The notes under the pieces were generated by a model. That model was given only the letters and a program-made list of their open reading frames with translations. It was not told where the DNA came from and did not search any database. A stretch of 64,000 nt of DNA from a virus: the IMG/VR virus record IMGVR_UViG_3300044766_000192, positions 16,420 to 80,419 of that record, one strand, 5' to 3'. This document shows positions 1 through 8,925 of the stretch, one piece after another. Made by a program: the position numbers and the translations under genes. Within the stretch, counting starts at the first letter, position 1. Each line of letters opens with the position of its first letter.

Positions 1-537
1 CGCGCCGAGAGGTCTGGGTCAACAGCGTGGGCCGATCGCATCGACGAGCAGGCGAAGATGTTGCTCGCGACAGCAGGCTACACGGCGCCAAAGAAAATAA
101 AGCAGCTATTCCAAGAGATGCTCAAGGCTAGCGGCTCGGGCGTGTTGTTGTCGACGGTGCACAAGGTCAAGGGCCTCGAAGCCGATCGCGTTTTCTTGCT
201 CAAGCAGACGTTCGCGTGTGGTCGAGTAGTCGACGACGACGACGATCGCCCGCCACCGCAAGAAGAGATCAACATCGAATACGTCGCGATCACGCGCGCT
301 CGCGAGCACCTGACTTGGGTCGACATCGATCCGCAGGCTCGCGTCGTGGTCAATGCCGAGGACGAGCTTGACAGGCTGCCCGAATGCACCGACGGCCTAT
401 CGATAGGCGAGATCGGAGATCTCTTCGTCTACGCCGAGCGTCGAGCGCTGGAGCTGATGGAGAGCGATGAAGCGCTCGCCGATCGCTGGATGGCCCGCGC
501 CGAGATGTTGAACAAGGTGATGAAAGAGGCTCGATGA
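1..537 (+). CDS. SF1 (UvrD/Rep-like) helicase, C-terminal part (5' truncated by window)
   Basis: Frame open from base 1; motifs LSTVHKVKGLEADRV and EEINIEYVAITRAREHL (SF1 motifs V/VI). Confidence 0.9.
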   Translation, partial: RAERSGSTAWADRIDEQAKMLLATAGYTAPKKIKQLFQEMLKASGSGVLLSTVHKVKGLEADRVFLLKQTFACGRVVDDDDDRPPPQEEINIEYVAITRAREHLTWVDIDPQARVVVNAEDELDRLPECTDGLSIGEIGDLFVYAERRALELMESDEALADRWMARAEMLNKVMKEAR

Positions 538-794
538 TGCAGGTAGAGATGAAGAACGGCCACTTGAACGGCCACTCGAACGGCCACTCGACGAACGGAT
601 CAAACGGCCATGGCGGTCGTGACGATGGCCTGCACGAGCCTCAGATCGAGCTGTGCTGCAAGCGCTTGGGTCACGGCTCGTGGTGCAATCTGCCCGAGAA
701 ACATCCGGGCGTGTGCGGGGGCGCTGACCCGAGCTATGATGTGATCGAAGAACGCCCACCGCTCTGGCGAAAGCACAAAGGCCAGAAGCCCTAG
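534..794 (+). CDS. Hypothetical protein with NGH repeats and a Cys/His cluster
   Basis: ATGA overlap with helicase stop; NGHLNGHSNGHSTNGSNGH. Confidence 0.5.
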   Translation: MMQVEMKNGHLNGHSNGHSTNGSNGHGGRDDGLHEPQIELCCKRLGHGSWCNLPEKHPGVCGGADPSYDVIEERPPLWRKHKGQKP

Positions 795-795
795 C

Positions 796-824
796 TGTCA
801 GAGCGGCGTGCTAGACGAGCGTTC
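796..824 (+). promoter_or_regulatory. Class A promoter (TGTCAGA-N6-TGn-(-10)) of the methylase gene
   Basis: TGTCAGA gcggcg TG c TAGACG, then 7 nt to GTG; the same architecture recurs at about 10 other sites. Confidence 0.65.
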
Positions 825-1763
825 GTGGAAGCTGTTGCTACTGAAGTATCGCCGCCGCCGAACATCACACCCTGGCTTCGCTGGGCTGGTGGAAAGCGGC
901 GGCTAGCGGCAAAGCTCGCGACCGAGATCACGGCGATCAAGCCCAAGATGTACGTCGAGCCGTTCCTTGGTGGCGGCGCCGTCGCGCTCGCACTGCCCGT
1001 CGAGCTAAACAAATTCCTCGCCGACGTCAATCCGCACTTGATCGACTGCTGGCTCTGCGTGCAGAAGATCCCAGGCGCGCTGTTCGCTGAGATCCGCCGC
1101 GTCGAGGATCAGTACGGCAACGGCTCGCCTACTGCTCCGCACAGCGAAGAGGGCTACAAGGCCGCGCGCACCGAATTCAACACGATGATCAACAACCCGC
1201 GTCCGATGTGGGCTCGCCGGTCGGCGCTGTTCATCTTCTTGAACGCACGTTGCTTCAATGGTCTTTGGCGCACGAACGCGAGCGGGCGGTTCAACGTGCC
1301 GTGGGGCAAGCTCGCGATGCCGCGCTGGCTCGGCGCCGAGGAGATGGCGCACTACAGCTCTGCGTTGAATCGCTGCTCGCTGTACGCCGAAGGCTACGCG
1401 TCGCTCTTGGGACGGCTGGCAACCGCTGCATCGCGCAAGACGCGCGGAACGATCGACGAGCTTCGGCACATGCTCGATGGATTCGCCGTTTATTGCGACC
1501 CGCCGTACGACACCACGTTCGACGGCTACAGTAAAGACGGCTTCGATGACGCCGATCAGCGCGTGCTCGGCTCGATGCTGTCGTCGTGGGCGAGCTGCGG
1601 CGCTGCCATCTGGGCCACGAACGCCGACACGCCACTGATCCGCGAGATCTACGACTGGGCTCAGATCGAAGCGATCGACGAACAGCACTCGGTTGGAGCT
1701 ACCGGCGATCGTCGAGGCAAGCGAAGCTGTCTGTTGATTAGAGGAGGAGCTGCGATCCGATGA
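825..1763 (+). CDS. dam: DNA adenine methyltransferase (Dam/D12 class)
   Basis: LRWAGGKR, YVEPFLGGGAV, FNGLWRTNASGRFNVPWG, catalytic DPPY. Confidence 0.93.
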   Translation: MEAVATEVSPPPNITPWLRWAGGKRRLAAKLATEITAIKPKMYVEPFLGGGAVALALPVELNKFLADVNPHLIDCWLCVQKIPGALFAEIRRVEDQYGNGSPTAPHSEEGYKAARTEFNTMINNPRPMWARRSALFIFLNARCFNGLWRTNASGRFNVPWGKLAMPRWLGAEEMAHYSSALNRCSLYAEGYASLLGRLATAASRKTRGTIDELRHMLDGFAVYCDPPYDTTFDGYSKDGFDDADQRVLGSMLSSWASCGAAIWATNADTPLIREIYDWAQIEAIDEQHSVGATGDRRGKRSCLLIRGGAAIR

Positions 1764-2185
1764 AGTGTGAACTTTGCAACGAGCGTCTTCTCGCCCTGGC
1801 GGATCCATCCCGCATCGAGCTGTTCTACGTCGCGCATCCCGTCGGCATGGACCACGGAAAGCGGCTGCTCAACGTCGCGAACGCCAAGAAGTGGATCGCT
1901 AAGCTCGTCGAGGCCGTTCCTGATATCGGCTTCGTTGCGCCGTGGCTGCCTTACGTCGAAGTTCTCGATGAAGGCAAGTATCGAGCCCGTGGCATCCGCG
2001 ATGATCTCGAAGCACTACGACGTTGCGACGGCATTGTCGCGGTTGGCGGTCAGGGCATGTCCTCGGGCATGAAGGCCGAGTGGAGCAAAGCGAGCGAATG
2101 GGCTTTGCGCCGCGTCGACTATTCGGTGCGCGGACTCGAAGGCGTCGTCGATCCCAGAGACTTCGTATCAGGGTACGTGCTATGA
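1760..2185 (+). CDS. DUF4406/nucleoside deoxyribosyltransferase-like protein
   Basis: YVAHP, DLEALRRCDGIV, SSGMKAE motifs. Confidence 0.7.
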   Translation: MKCELCNERLLALADPSRIELFYVAHPVGMDHGKRLLNVANAKKWIAKLVEAVPDIGFVAPWLPYVEVLDEGKYRARGIRDDLEALRRCDGIVAVGGQGMSSGMKAEWSKASEWALRRVDYSVRGLEGVVDPRDFVSGYVL

Positions 2186-2436
2186 AAATCTCACCCGAGC
2201 TTGATCGAATCATCTCGGCCATCGCCGAGGCCAAGATGCACCTGATCATCGCCGTCGCTTGCAAGGCCGGAAGCTCCGAGCGCGCCAAAGAGATCGAAGG
2301 CATCAAATGCTCGACGGCAGCGACGCGCGAGCTGTTGCCGTTGATCGGCGGCTTCGAGCGGCTGCCGAAGAACCTTGCGATCGAGCTGCGGACCTGCGAG
2401 ATGGCCGTCGAGCGGCTCGAAAAGCAAACCGCGTAG
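2182..2436 (+). CDS. Hypothetical protein
   Basis: ATGA-coupled to the upstream gene; start reassigned to ATG 2182. Confidence 0.6.
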   Translation: MKISPELDRIISAIAEAKMHLIIAVACKAGSSERAKEIEGIKCSTAATRELLPLIGGFERLPKNLAIELRTCEMAVERLEKQTA

Positions 2437-2479
2437 CGACGAGTTGACGACGTGGCCTAGGCTGTGACAGCCTCCTCGC

Positions 2480-2608
2480 ATGGCAAAGCGACGCAGGAAG
2501 CACGGATCTGGCTGTTCCCCGAGTGGCAAGAAGAAGAACGGCAGGCTCAAGAAGGGCTACCGTTGGGCCAAGGGTCGCAAGGGCTGCGCGATTCCGGCGA
2601 AGAAGTAA
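2480..2608 (+). CDS. 42-aa Lys/Arg-rich microprotein (not in ORF track)
   Basis: MAKRRRKHGSGCSPSGKKKNGRLKKGYRWAKGRKGCAIPAKK*, followed by hairpin ACTTCGT-TCGC-ACGAAGT. Confidence 0.7.
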   Translation: MAKRRRKHGSGCSPSGKKKNGRLKKGYRWAKGRKGCAIPAKK

Positions 2609-2665
2609 ACTACTTCGTTCGCACGAAGTTTGACGCGCCTTCGTGAATGTGGGATCTTGCTCCAC

Positions 2666-2758
2666 ATGGCAAAGAAGAAAACGTGTCCCTTCGGCAAGGT
2701 CTCTCGCGGCAAGCGCAAGGGACATTGCCGGAAGCACAAGAAGTCCAAGAAGCACTAG
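2666..2758 (+). CDS. 30-aa Lys/Arg-rich microprotein (not in ORF track)
   Basis: MAKKKTCPFGKVSRGKRKGHCRKHKKSKKH*. Confidence 0.65.
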   Translation: MAKKKTCPFGKVSRGKRKGHCRKHKKSKKH

Positions 2759-2852
2759 TTCGTCGTCGCTTAGGACGTAGCGCAGCCTCGCTGTGCTCGG
2801 CCAGGCGTTGCTCGGCAAGGTCTGGCAACGCAATCCAAGGAAAGGCGCCGCG

Positions 2853-3167
2853 ATGCTATCGCTTGAAACCTGGGAGCAAACCGCGATCTTCGATCCGGCC
2901 GACCCCACGCAGAAGAAGATCGAGAAGTACGTCGGTATCCCTGGCGGGTACGGCACGTTCTACTTCAACAAGGTCCCGACCACGAGCCAGTTGCAAGGCC
3001 CGTTCACCGACGGAATCTCGACGGGTGCCGGTGTCGGTATCGGCCTCGTGATCGCGAGCGTCGTGCTCGGCGCTGGCGCGTGGGCCGCGCACAAGACCGG
3101 CTTGCTCAAGCGCGGCAGGAAAGCCATCGCCGGACTCGGCGGCTACCGGCGTCGTCGGAGGCGCTAG
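2853..3167 (+). CDS. Single-pass membrane protein with poly-Arg tail (putative virion)
   Basis: SD AAGGAAAGG; TM GVGIGLVIASVVLGAGAW; ends IAGLGGYRRRRRR. Confidence 0.75.
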   Translation: MLSLETWEQTAIFDPADPTQKKIEKYVGIPGGYGTFYFNKVPTTSQLQGPFTDGISTGAGVGIGLVIASVVLGAGAWAAHKTGLLKRGRKAIAGLGGYRRRRRR

Positions 3168-3170
3168 CTC

Positions 3171-3422
3171 GTGGCGAAGCACGGTCCGATTCACAAGATC
3201 GCTGGCTATCCGAAGGGCGACAAGATCACAGATTGGCACGGCAAGCCGATCGGAACGATCGTCCACAAGAGCTGCAAGCGCGTGCGCCCACATGAGCGCG
3301 GCGCGTGGATTTCCAACGAGCGCTGCTCGTACACGGTCAAGATCGACGGCCGGCTCTACACGGGGCGCGGTCGTGGCGAAGGTATTGTCGTCAATCTTCG
3401 TCAGATGAAGCGAGGTCTCTGA
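3171..3422 (+). CDS. Small basic protein
   Basis: MAKHGPIHK...; tightly packed operon. Confidence 0.7.
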   Translation: MAKHGPIHKIAGYPKGDKITDWHGKPIGTIVHKSCKRVRPHERGAWISNERCSYTVKIDGRLYTGRGRGEGIVVNLRQMKRGL

Positions 3423-3640
3423 TGTCGAAGTCGCGTCGTCGTATCTCGACGCAGTATTGCGTTGAAACCGGGCGTGCGAGCTGGCATCAACAGCGCGCCG
3501 GGCACATCTCGTCGGGCTCTACGTGCTTCTGGTCCAAAAAGCAGGCGAAAAAGTACATGCGCGGCTTCAAGAAGCATCATCCCGACGAGCCGGCGTTCAT
3601 CAGGTCGGAGCGCAAGCTGCGCCATTTCGGGGGGCGCTAG
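3422..3640 (+). CDS. Small basic protein
   Basis: TGATG coupling; MSKSRRR... Confidence 0.65.
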   Translation: MSKSRRRISTQYCVETGRASWHQQRAGHISSGSTCFWSKKQAKKYMRGFKKHHPDEPAFIRSERKLRHFGGR

Positions 3641-3642
3641 TC

Positions 3643-4080
3643 ATGCCAAGCATTCTTACGCTCGAAGGGCCGCGACTGCTCGGGTTCGGCACGCCGAAGC
3701 TCAAACTCCTACGCATGAACGGCGCGATCGGCGATGCGATCGGCTGCGCCGGTTGTCAGCCGCGAGGTTTCGGCGACGCCGCGAGTGACGATCTAGCACA
3801 CTTCAACAACGCGCTCACCGCGTACATGGCGCAGGTCGCCGCGGTTAATAAGTCGTCGACGTGGTTGGGCCTCATCGGCGGCGTTGCGGGCGTGGTCGCG
3901 GGTGTTCTGATCAGCCGCCGCGTAAGCAAGCGCAAATACGCCAAGCTTGGCGGCGCGGTCGCTGGCGGGCTCGGGCTCGGACTCGGGACGTTCTTCGCGA
4001 GCCGATCGATCATGATGCCGGACTTCGTTGCACCGCAGACGACGGCGCAACAGCTGCTCACAAAAGATCTGACGTTCTGA
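3643..4080 (+). CDS. Two-TM putative virion membrane protein
   Basis: MPSILTLEG leader; two Gly-rich TM helices separated by RRVSKRK. Confidence 0.7.
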   Translation: MPSILTLEGPRLLGFGTPKLKLLRMNGAIGDAIGCAGCQPRGFGDAASDDLAHFNNALTAYMAQVAAVNKSSTWLGLIGGVAGVVAGVLISRRVSKRKYAKLGGAVAGGLGLGLGTFFASRSIMMPDFVAPQTTAQQLLTKDLTF

Positions 4081-4577
4081 TGGCGAAGCGTCGACTACCG
4101 ATCGAGCCGTATGAAGGCCGTGACAAGCCCTATCACGGTCCATCAGAAGACTACCCGCGCGATCGAAGACCGAGTGGTGATGAGGGTCGTGACAAGCCCT
4201 ATCACGGCCCATCTGAGGACAATCCCCGCAAGGGCCTTCGCGGGCTCGGTATGGAGCGGCTAGTTTGCACGTCCGAACCGACGTCGCTCTCGCGTGTGCG
4301 CCTCAACCGAGGTGGCTACGTCGCTCCTATGGCCGGTATTCGACGTTGCACCGATCCATCGGGGAAGCCTGGCGGCTCATCTAGCTACTTCGGCCAGTTC
4401 TGCGCGAGCCCGGCGGCGGCCCAGACCTGCGCGTCGGCGAGCGATGGGCTTAGGTCGGGTGGCGTCGGCGGGATCGGCGTCGGTATGGGGGCCATTCCGC
4501 CCATCGCGTTGAAGTCGGCGACGAGCGTCGCCCAGTCGATGCCGTTCGGCGCTTTATCTGCACCTTTGGCGAGCTGA
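4080..4577 (+). CDS. Hypothetical protein with duplicated EGRDKPYHGPSED
   Basis: TGATG coupling; internal repeat; 3' end overlaps the opposite-strand peptidase gene. Confidence 0.55.
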   Translation: MAKRRLPIEPYEGRDKPYHGPSEDYPRDRRPSGDEGRDKPYHGPSEDNPRKGLRGLGMERLVCTSEPTSLSRVRLNRGGYVAPMAGIRRCTDPSGKPGGSSSYFGQFCASPAAAQTCASASDGLRSGGVGGIGVGMGAIPPIALKSATSVAQSMPFGALSAPLAS

Positions 4578-5296
4578 TCGGGCGTGAGGATCACGAACAG
4601 CTGGCCTCCGACTCCGCGCGCGGCATACTGCGCGACGGCAGGCCACGTGATCGTACCGAATAGGCCCCACGAATCGATCTGCACGCCGCTCGGATCGTAG
4701 CCGAGGCCGATGACGGCGTGCCCGTTGTTTGGATCTGGCTGCCCGGCAACGTCCCACACGAAGCCGTCGGTTGATGGAAATGGGTTGATCCACTCATCGG
4801 GCAGCTCGATGCCGAACATCAGATTCTCGAACAGGAACATCGCGGCCTGGACTTCAGATTGATCCGTCGCGTCGACGGCGAGCCAGCCGCAAATCTTCGT
4901 ACCATCCACGAAGCCTTGGTTCTGCCAGAAGTTCAGCGCGGTTTCTTCGTCGCAGCCCTGATCCGTGTTCGGATCGTTGGGATCGTAGCCGCCGATCGCG
5001 CTGTAGTCCCCGACGATCTGGTTGTCCGCTGCGGTGAACAGTACGCCGGCATTTCCGGTCTCGACGCCGACGATGTGGTAGCCGCCTGCGATCACGCAAT
5101 CGCCGAGGCGATCGTTGCCGTAGATGTTCCGCAGCACCGGCAATGCTTTCGCGCTGTAGTCGCATGAGGCTGGCATGGCCGGCAGCTTCAGATAGTGCTT
5201 CAGACGAAGGCGCATCCCGAGCGCGCGAGGACGCCGACGTCCCATCTTGACGGTGCGGCCGAGGTGCGGAGCGGCGATCTCTTTGAGGGCTGTCAT
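4385..5296 (-). CDS. Papain-like (C1-type) cysteine peptidase
   Basis: GNDRLGDCVIAG (Cys), GHAVIGLGYD (His), DSWG. Confidence 0.8.
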   Translation of the reverse strand: MTALKEIAAPHLGRTVKMGRRRPRALGMRLRLKHYLKLPAMPASCDYSAKALPVLRNIYGNDRLGDCVIAGGYHIVGVETGNAGVLFTAADNQIVGDYSAIGGYDPNDPNTDQGCDEETALNFWQNQGFVDGTKICGWLAVDATDQSEVQAAMFLFENLMFGIELPDEWINPFPSTDGFVWDVAGQPDPNNGHAVIGLGYDPSGVQIDSWGLFGTITWPAVAQYAARGVGGQLFVILTPDQLAKGADKAPNGIDWATLVADFNAMGGMAPIPTPIPPTPPDLSPSLADAQVWAAAGLAQNWPK

Positions 5297-5337
5297 GGGC
5301 GCAGCCTACAAGAATCTCCTCGTGATAGGCTAGCCCC
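5297..5337. promoter_or_regulatory. Back-to-back leaderless promoters
   Basis: Minus strand TAGGCT-N6-ATG(5296); plus strand TGA-TAGGCT-N6-ATG(5338). Confidence 0.7.
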
Positions 5338-5607
5338 ATGGCTAAGCGGTGCCCGATCTCGACCGTCGCACAGACCGTGATCTTTCCTCGGGCCTACGGC
5401 GTCGCGCGGGCCAAGAAATGGTTGCGCAAGCACAAGCTCAAGGCCAACAAGGTCGACTACGAGGCGAACACAATCCGGTTTCGGCAGATTTCGCCCAAGA
5501 GCTGTCGGCATGGCGACTTCGCGTCGATCCCGATGGGCAAGACGAGCATCCGCAAGATCATCTGTTGTCCCAAGACGAAACGTCGGCGCAAGAAAGCGAA
5601 GCGCTAG
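5338..5607 (+). CDS. Small basic Cys-containing protein
   Basis: MAKRCP...KTKRRRKKAKR. Confidence 0.75.
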   Translation: MAKRCPISTVAQTVIFPRAYGVARAKKWLRKHKLKANKVDYEANTIRFRQISPKSCRHGDFASIPMGKTSIRKIICCPKTKRRRKKAKR

Positions 5608-5868
5608 ATGGCGAAGCGTTCAAAGAAGCGTGCGAAGCCTCGCGTGAAGCGGGGCAAGAGCACCACGCGCGTCGTGCGTACGATGACACGGACCACGACG
5701 ACGCTGCGGGGCTCGCCGTCGGATCATGCGCACGAATACATGAACTACGTCGAGCGCGCCGAAGACGCGGTTCGACAAGGCGAAAAGGCGTCGGCCTGTG
5801 ACGCGATGTACACCGCCGCGCTTCAGTCGAGCGGAGCCGGGGCAGTTGCAGTCCGCGAGAGCACTTAG
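5608..5868 (+). CDS. Small protein with basic N-terminus
   Basis: MAKRSKKRAKPRVKRGK; abuts the previous stop. Confidence 0.65.
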   Translation: MAKRSKKRAKPRVKRGKSTTRVVRTMTRTTTTLRGSPSDHAHEYMNYVERAEDAVRQGEKASACDAMYTAALQSSGAGAVAVREST

Positions 5869-5975
5869 GCGTTCAGCCAAGGATCGTTCGAGCGCAAGCA
5901 AGCTGATGCCCGCCACGACAAGCTACTCAAGCGCTCGATCAGGCTCGACGACAAAATTCGCGCAAAGTGCCTCCG

Positions 5976-6317
5976 ATGACCACCGCGAAGCAAACATATC
6001 GGCTGCGCATCGGGAAGCATAAAGAGAAAGAGATCATCGCAACGCCTCACCAAGCCGCGCGGCAAGCTGCCCGGTTCGCAGCGCGCGGCACGCTCGTCCG
6101 TACCAAAGGAATGTGGGATCAGCCCGAGGACATGCAGCTACCCGAGAAAACCACGCTCGTCGACGATCACGGCGCCGTGCTCATGACTTGTGCGCCGTCA
6201 GTTGTATCGACAGGCGCAGCGCGTGCTGGGCGGCGGGTCAAGTACAGCTTTGCGCGTTGTACGATCAAGCCGGCGTTCAAGAAACTGATCCACAAGACCA
6301 AGCGCAAGAAGCGCTAG
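5976..6317 (+). CDS. Basic hypothetical protein
   Basis: Ends KTKRKKR. Confidence 0.6.
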   Translation: MTTAKQTYRLRIGKHKEKEIIATPHQAARQAARFAARGTLVRTKGMWDQPEDMQLPEKTTLVDDHGAVLMTCAPSVVSTGAARAGRRVKYSFARCTIKPAFKKLIHKTKRKKR

Positions 6318-6613
6318 CCGATCTTTTCGATCTTCCACTTGCGGCCGATGCCACCGTCGTACAACGCCTCTTCGCATGTAGAACGAATCACGTCGCCGAT
6401 CGGGCCGTCGTCGTCGAACGTCGTGAGCTGCATCTTGCCGCGCTCTTTGGTGCTCGGGTGTAGGATCGCGTACCAGTCTTTGCGCCAGCGAGCCCTGAAC
6501 TGCACGGTCATGCCGACTTTGCTCGGGCACTTCCACTTGCAGATCTTCATGTCGTCGCCGACGTCGAGCCACGGGCGCGTACAGACGAGCTTGATGGGAG
6601 ATTTCTTGGCCAT
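6314..6613 (-). CDS. Basic hypothetical protein
   Basis: MAKKSP...; co-oriented with the upstream SGNH gene. Confidence 0.65.
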   Translation of the reverse strand: MAKKSPIKLVCTRPWLDVGDDMKICKWKCPSKVGMTVQFRARWRKDWYAILHPSTKERGKMQLTTFDDDGPIGDVIRSTCEEALYDGGIGRKWKIEKIG

Positions 6614-6616
6614 TGG

Positions 6617-7675
6617 CTAGCTGGTTGGTTTGGTCAACAACGCATGTACGTCATCCCGGCGCGCGTCATCGATGAATCTACCCGGACGCACGGCCCCTTT
6701 CACCGGCACGTGCTTGCCGGTCATTGTTTCGATCCAAGTCGTCTCACTGCGCCCCCACTTCCGCCGCCACGCTTCTGCCTCGGCTATCGTGAGCGGTCGC
6801 GGGGCATCTACGATTGCGCGAACCGGGACAATTTTACCGTTACGCCGCGTGACGAGCATATACGCGACACGGTAACCCTCAGTGCTCGGCCGCGATTCGA
6901 GGTTGCGTCGTGCGTCGTACGCCATCAATGCCGGACCTGCGAACTTCGGCGAGATCAGCATCCCGATCGGCCCGAGTAGCTGGCGCTTCTTGAGCGCGCT
7001 CAGCGCGTAGCCGACGACCACGATCCCGACGACGCCGATCCCGGCGATGATCAGGCCCTTCTTGATCTTGCTGCTCGTGCTCGATGTCGAGGTCAGAGCT
7101 TGTGCAAGCGCTTGCGCAGTTGGCAACGCAGCGGCGTACGTGAAATGAACGCCGTCACCGGTTCGGCCTTCGAGCACGGACAGTGGCCGAGCATCGATCG
7201 TCTTGTCGGCGCCGAAGACGTTCTGCATGACGCTGAAGACGTCGGGCGCGAGCGCGTTCATGCTCTCGCTCCTGCCGACGTAGGTCATCGGGCCGATTGC
7301 CCAGACCTCGGCGCCCATGCCGGCGTACGCGTCGCGGATCTGCGTCATCGCTTGCTGGGTGTTACCGAGATCTCGGCCAAGATCGTTGGTCCCGAGCATG
7401 ACAATGACTTTGGTTGGCTGAAAAGCTGCGTCAGCAGCGACGAGATCATTGACAGGCTCGTTGTAGACGAACGAGATCGCCGAGCGGCCGATCTTAGCGT
7501 CGATCTGAGCCGCGCTGGCACCTTGTTCGAGCAACATGCTCGCGAGCAGGTCACCGGGTACGGAGCTAGCTCGATTCGATCCTTGTGTGACGATTTGGAT
7601 TGTCGGCGCAGAATCGGGATCGGGATGGCTGAGGCTATCTCCAATCACAAGTATTCGTTCGCCTTGGACGTCCAC
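6617..7675 (-). CDS. SGNH/GDSL hydrolase with TM anchor and C-terminal extension
   Basis: IGDSL, GRS, LGTND, DGVHF blocks; TM GLIIAGIGVVGIVVVGYAL followed by KKR. Confidence 0.85.
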   Translation of the reverse strand: MDVQGERILVIGDSLSHPDPDSAPTIQIVTQGSNRASSVPGDLLASMLLEQGASAAQIDAKIGRSAISFVYNEPVNDLVAADAAFQPTKVIVMLGTNDLGRDLGNTQQAMTQIRDAYAGMGAEVWAIGPMTYVGRSESMNALAPDVFSVMQNVFGADKTIDARPLSVLEGRTGDGVHFTYAAALPTAQALAQALTSTSSTSSKIKKGLIIAGIGVVGIVVVGYALSALKKRQLLGPIGMLISPKFAGPALMAYDARRNLESRPSTEGYRVAYMLVTRRNGKIVPVRAIVDAPRPLTIAEAEAWRRKWGRSETTWIETMTGKHVPVKGAVRPGRFIDDARRDDVHALLTKPTS

Positions 7676-7682
7676 AAGCTAC

Positions 7683-8015
7683 CTACGCGCGAGCCTTGCG
7701 CTTGCTGATTGCATAACCGATACCCCCGATCAAACCCAACGCGCCGACAAGAATCGCAAGCGGCTTCCAGCCGATGCTTTCGAGTGACGTCGCCATGCCG
7801 GCTTGAGCCGGCCCTACAGCCAGCGCTGGGTAGCAGGCGCCGTTTTGAAGGACATAGCCCGGTGCGCAAGTCCGCGTAACAGGATCTGGGTCAAATGCGA
7901 TTTCGCCACCTGTGGCGGTCAGTGCACAGATCGGATCGTTCGGGTCGTAGCTCGGGCTGCCTGGCGTACACGGATCATTCTCGTCGATGATGTCAGCCAG
8001 GCCGATCGTGATCAT
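7683..8015 (-). CDS. Cys-rich tail-anchored membrane protein
   Basis: MITIG leader, 4 Cys, TM ending LIGGIGYAISKRKARA; leaderless promoter. Confidence 0.75.
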   Translation of the reverse strand: MITIGLADIIDENDPCTPGSPSYDPNDPICALTATGGEIAFDPDPVTRTCAPGYVLQNGACYPALAVGPAQAGMATSLESIGWKPLAILVGALGLIGGIGYAISKRKARA

Positions 8016-8271
8016 GGGCCCCAGGCTATCACAGGCGGGCTGTCAAGAATGCCAACTCACGCGCGATGAGGGCTTGTCGACAAGCTCGCCGGGAATCGAC
8101 CCAGTGCGCGAAGGATCAGCGCAGCATGATCGGTGTCGTTGTCGCAGCAACCGCACGCGGTGCTGTTCACGATCATGTCGAGGAGCGTGTCCGTGATGCG
8201 ATCAAGATTCGCGCGTAGCTTGGCTAGTTCGCCATCAAGGCGTGCAATTTCGGCTTGGTCTGGATTGTTCA

Positions 8272-8925
8272 TCACTCGCTCCACATGCGTAGAAGGTTCA
8301 TCGCGGTCTTCGCGAGCATGTCTGTTTCGGGTGTCTTGCCGTGCCTATGAAACAGGGCGCCACGAGCGGCATCGAGATCGAGTAACAACTCGCGTTTGTC
8401 TGCATCTCGGACGTAGCTCTGAGCCCAGCCGACAGCCGCGAGCCGAGTGCCACGTGTGACCGCATTGACGCGATGGATCGCCGTCGCAGCGTAGACAAAC
8501 ATGCAACCAGCTTCGAGCTTGATGGTTGTCTCCATGCCAGGTCTCTCGATGACTAGCTCGCCGCCTTCGTAGCTTTCGGGCTCTGACAAGAACAGCGTGA
8601 ACGCAACGTCTCGGCGTTGGTCGCCGCCGTTCATCATCGCGTTGTCGACGTGGGGGCCGTAGTAATCCCCGGGTTCGTACTTCGAGAATAGAACCTGGAA
8701 TAGTTTTGGGCGAACCGCCGCCTCGAAGATTTTGTTAGCCCTGCAGCTAGAAACTATCGTGTTCCAGTAGTCGAGCACGTCGGATTGATGTGCTTGCTTG
8801 TTGTGTTTGATGGGCGCCGCCGTGACTCCAGCGGTTTGCTTGCCGTCGACGAATCGAGCTTTATCCAGGCCCCTGCGAACCCCGGCGATCTCGGACGCCG
8901 GCAAGATGTCTTTGATTTCGATCAT
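8272..8925 (-). CDS. PKHD-type Fe(II)/2-oxoglutarate dioxygenase (PiuC/YbiX family)
   Basis: FVDGKQTAG, YGPHVDN, FLSEPESYEGGEL, HRVNAVTRGTR, QSYVRD. Confidence 0.9.
   Translation of the reverse strand: MIEIKDILPASEIAGVRRGLDKARFVDGKQTAGVTAAPIKHNKQAHQSDVLDYWNTIVSSCRANKIFEAAVRPKLFQVLFSKYEPGDYYGPHVDNAMMNGGDQRRDVAFTLFLSEPESYEGGELVIERPGMETTIKLEAGCMFVYAATAIHRVNAVTRGTRLAAVGWAQSYVRDADKRELLLDLDAARGALFHRHGKTPETDMLAKTAMNLLRMWSE

Noticed and set aside
796-817. TGTCAGA box read as a sigma54 -24/-12 promoter
   Set aside because: Lacks the invariant GG of TGGCAC, and spacing to the start fits a -10 element instead
825-1763. Restriction-modification system, or GATC/CGATCG abundance as a special signal
   Set aside because: No cognate restriction enzyme is adjacent; motif abundance cannot be quantified here and may reflect host codon usage
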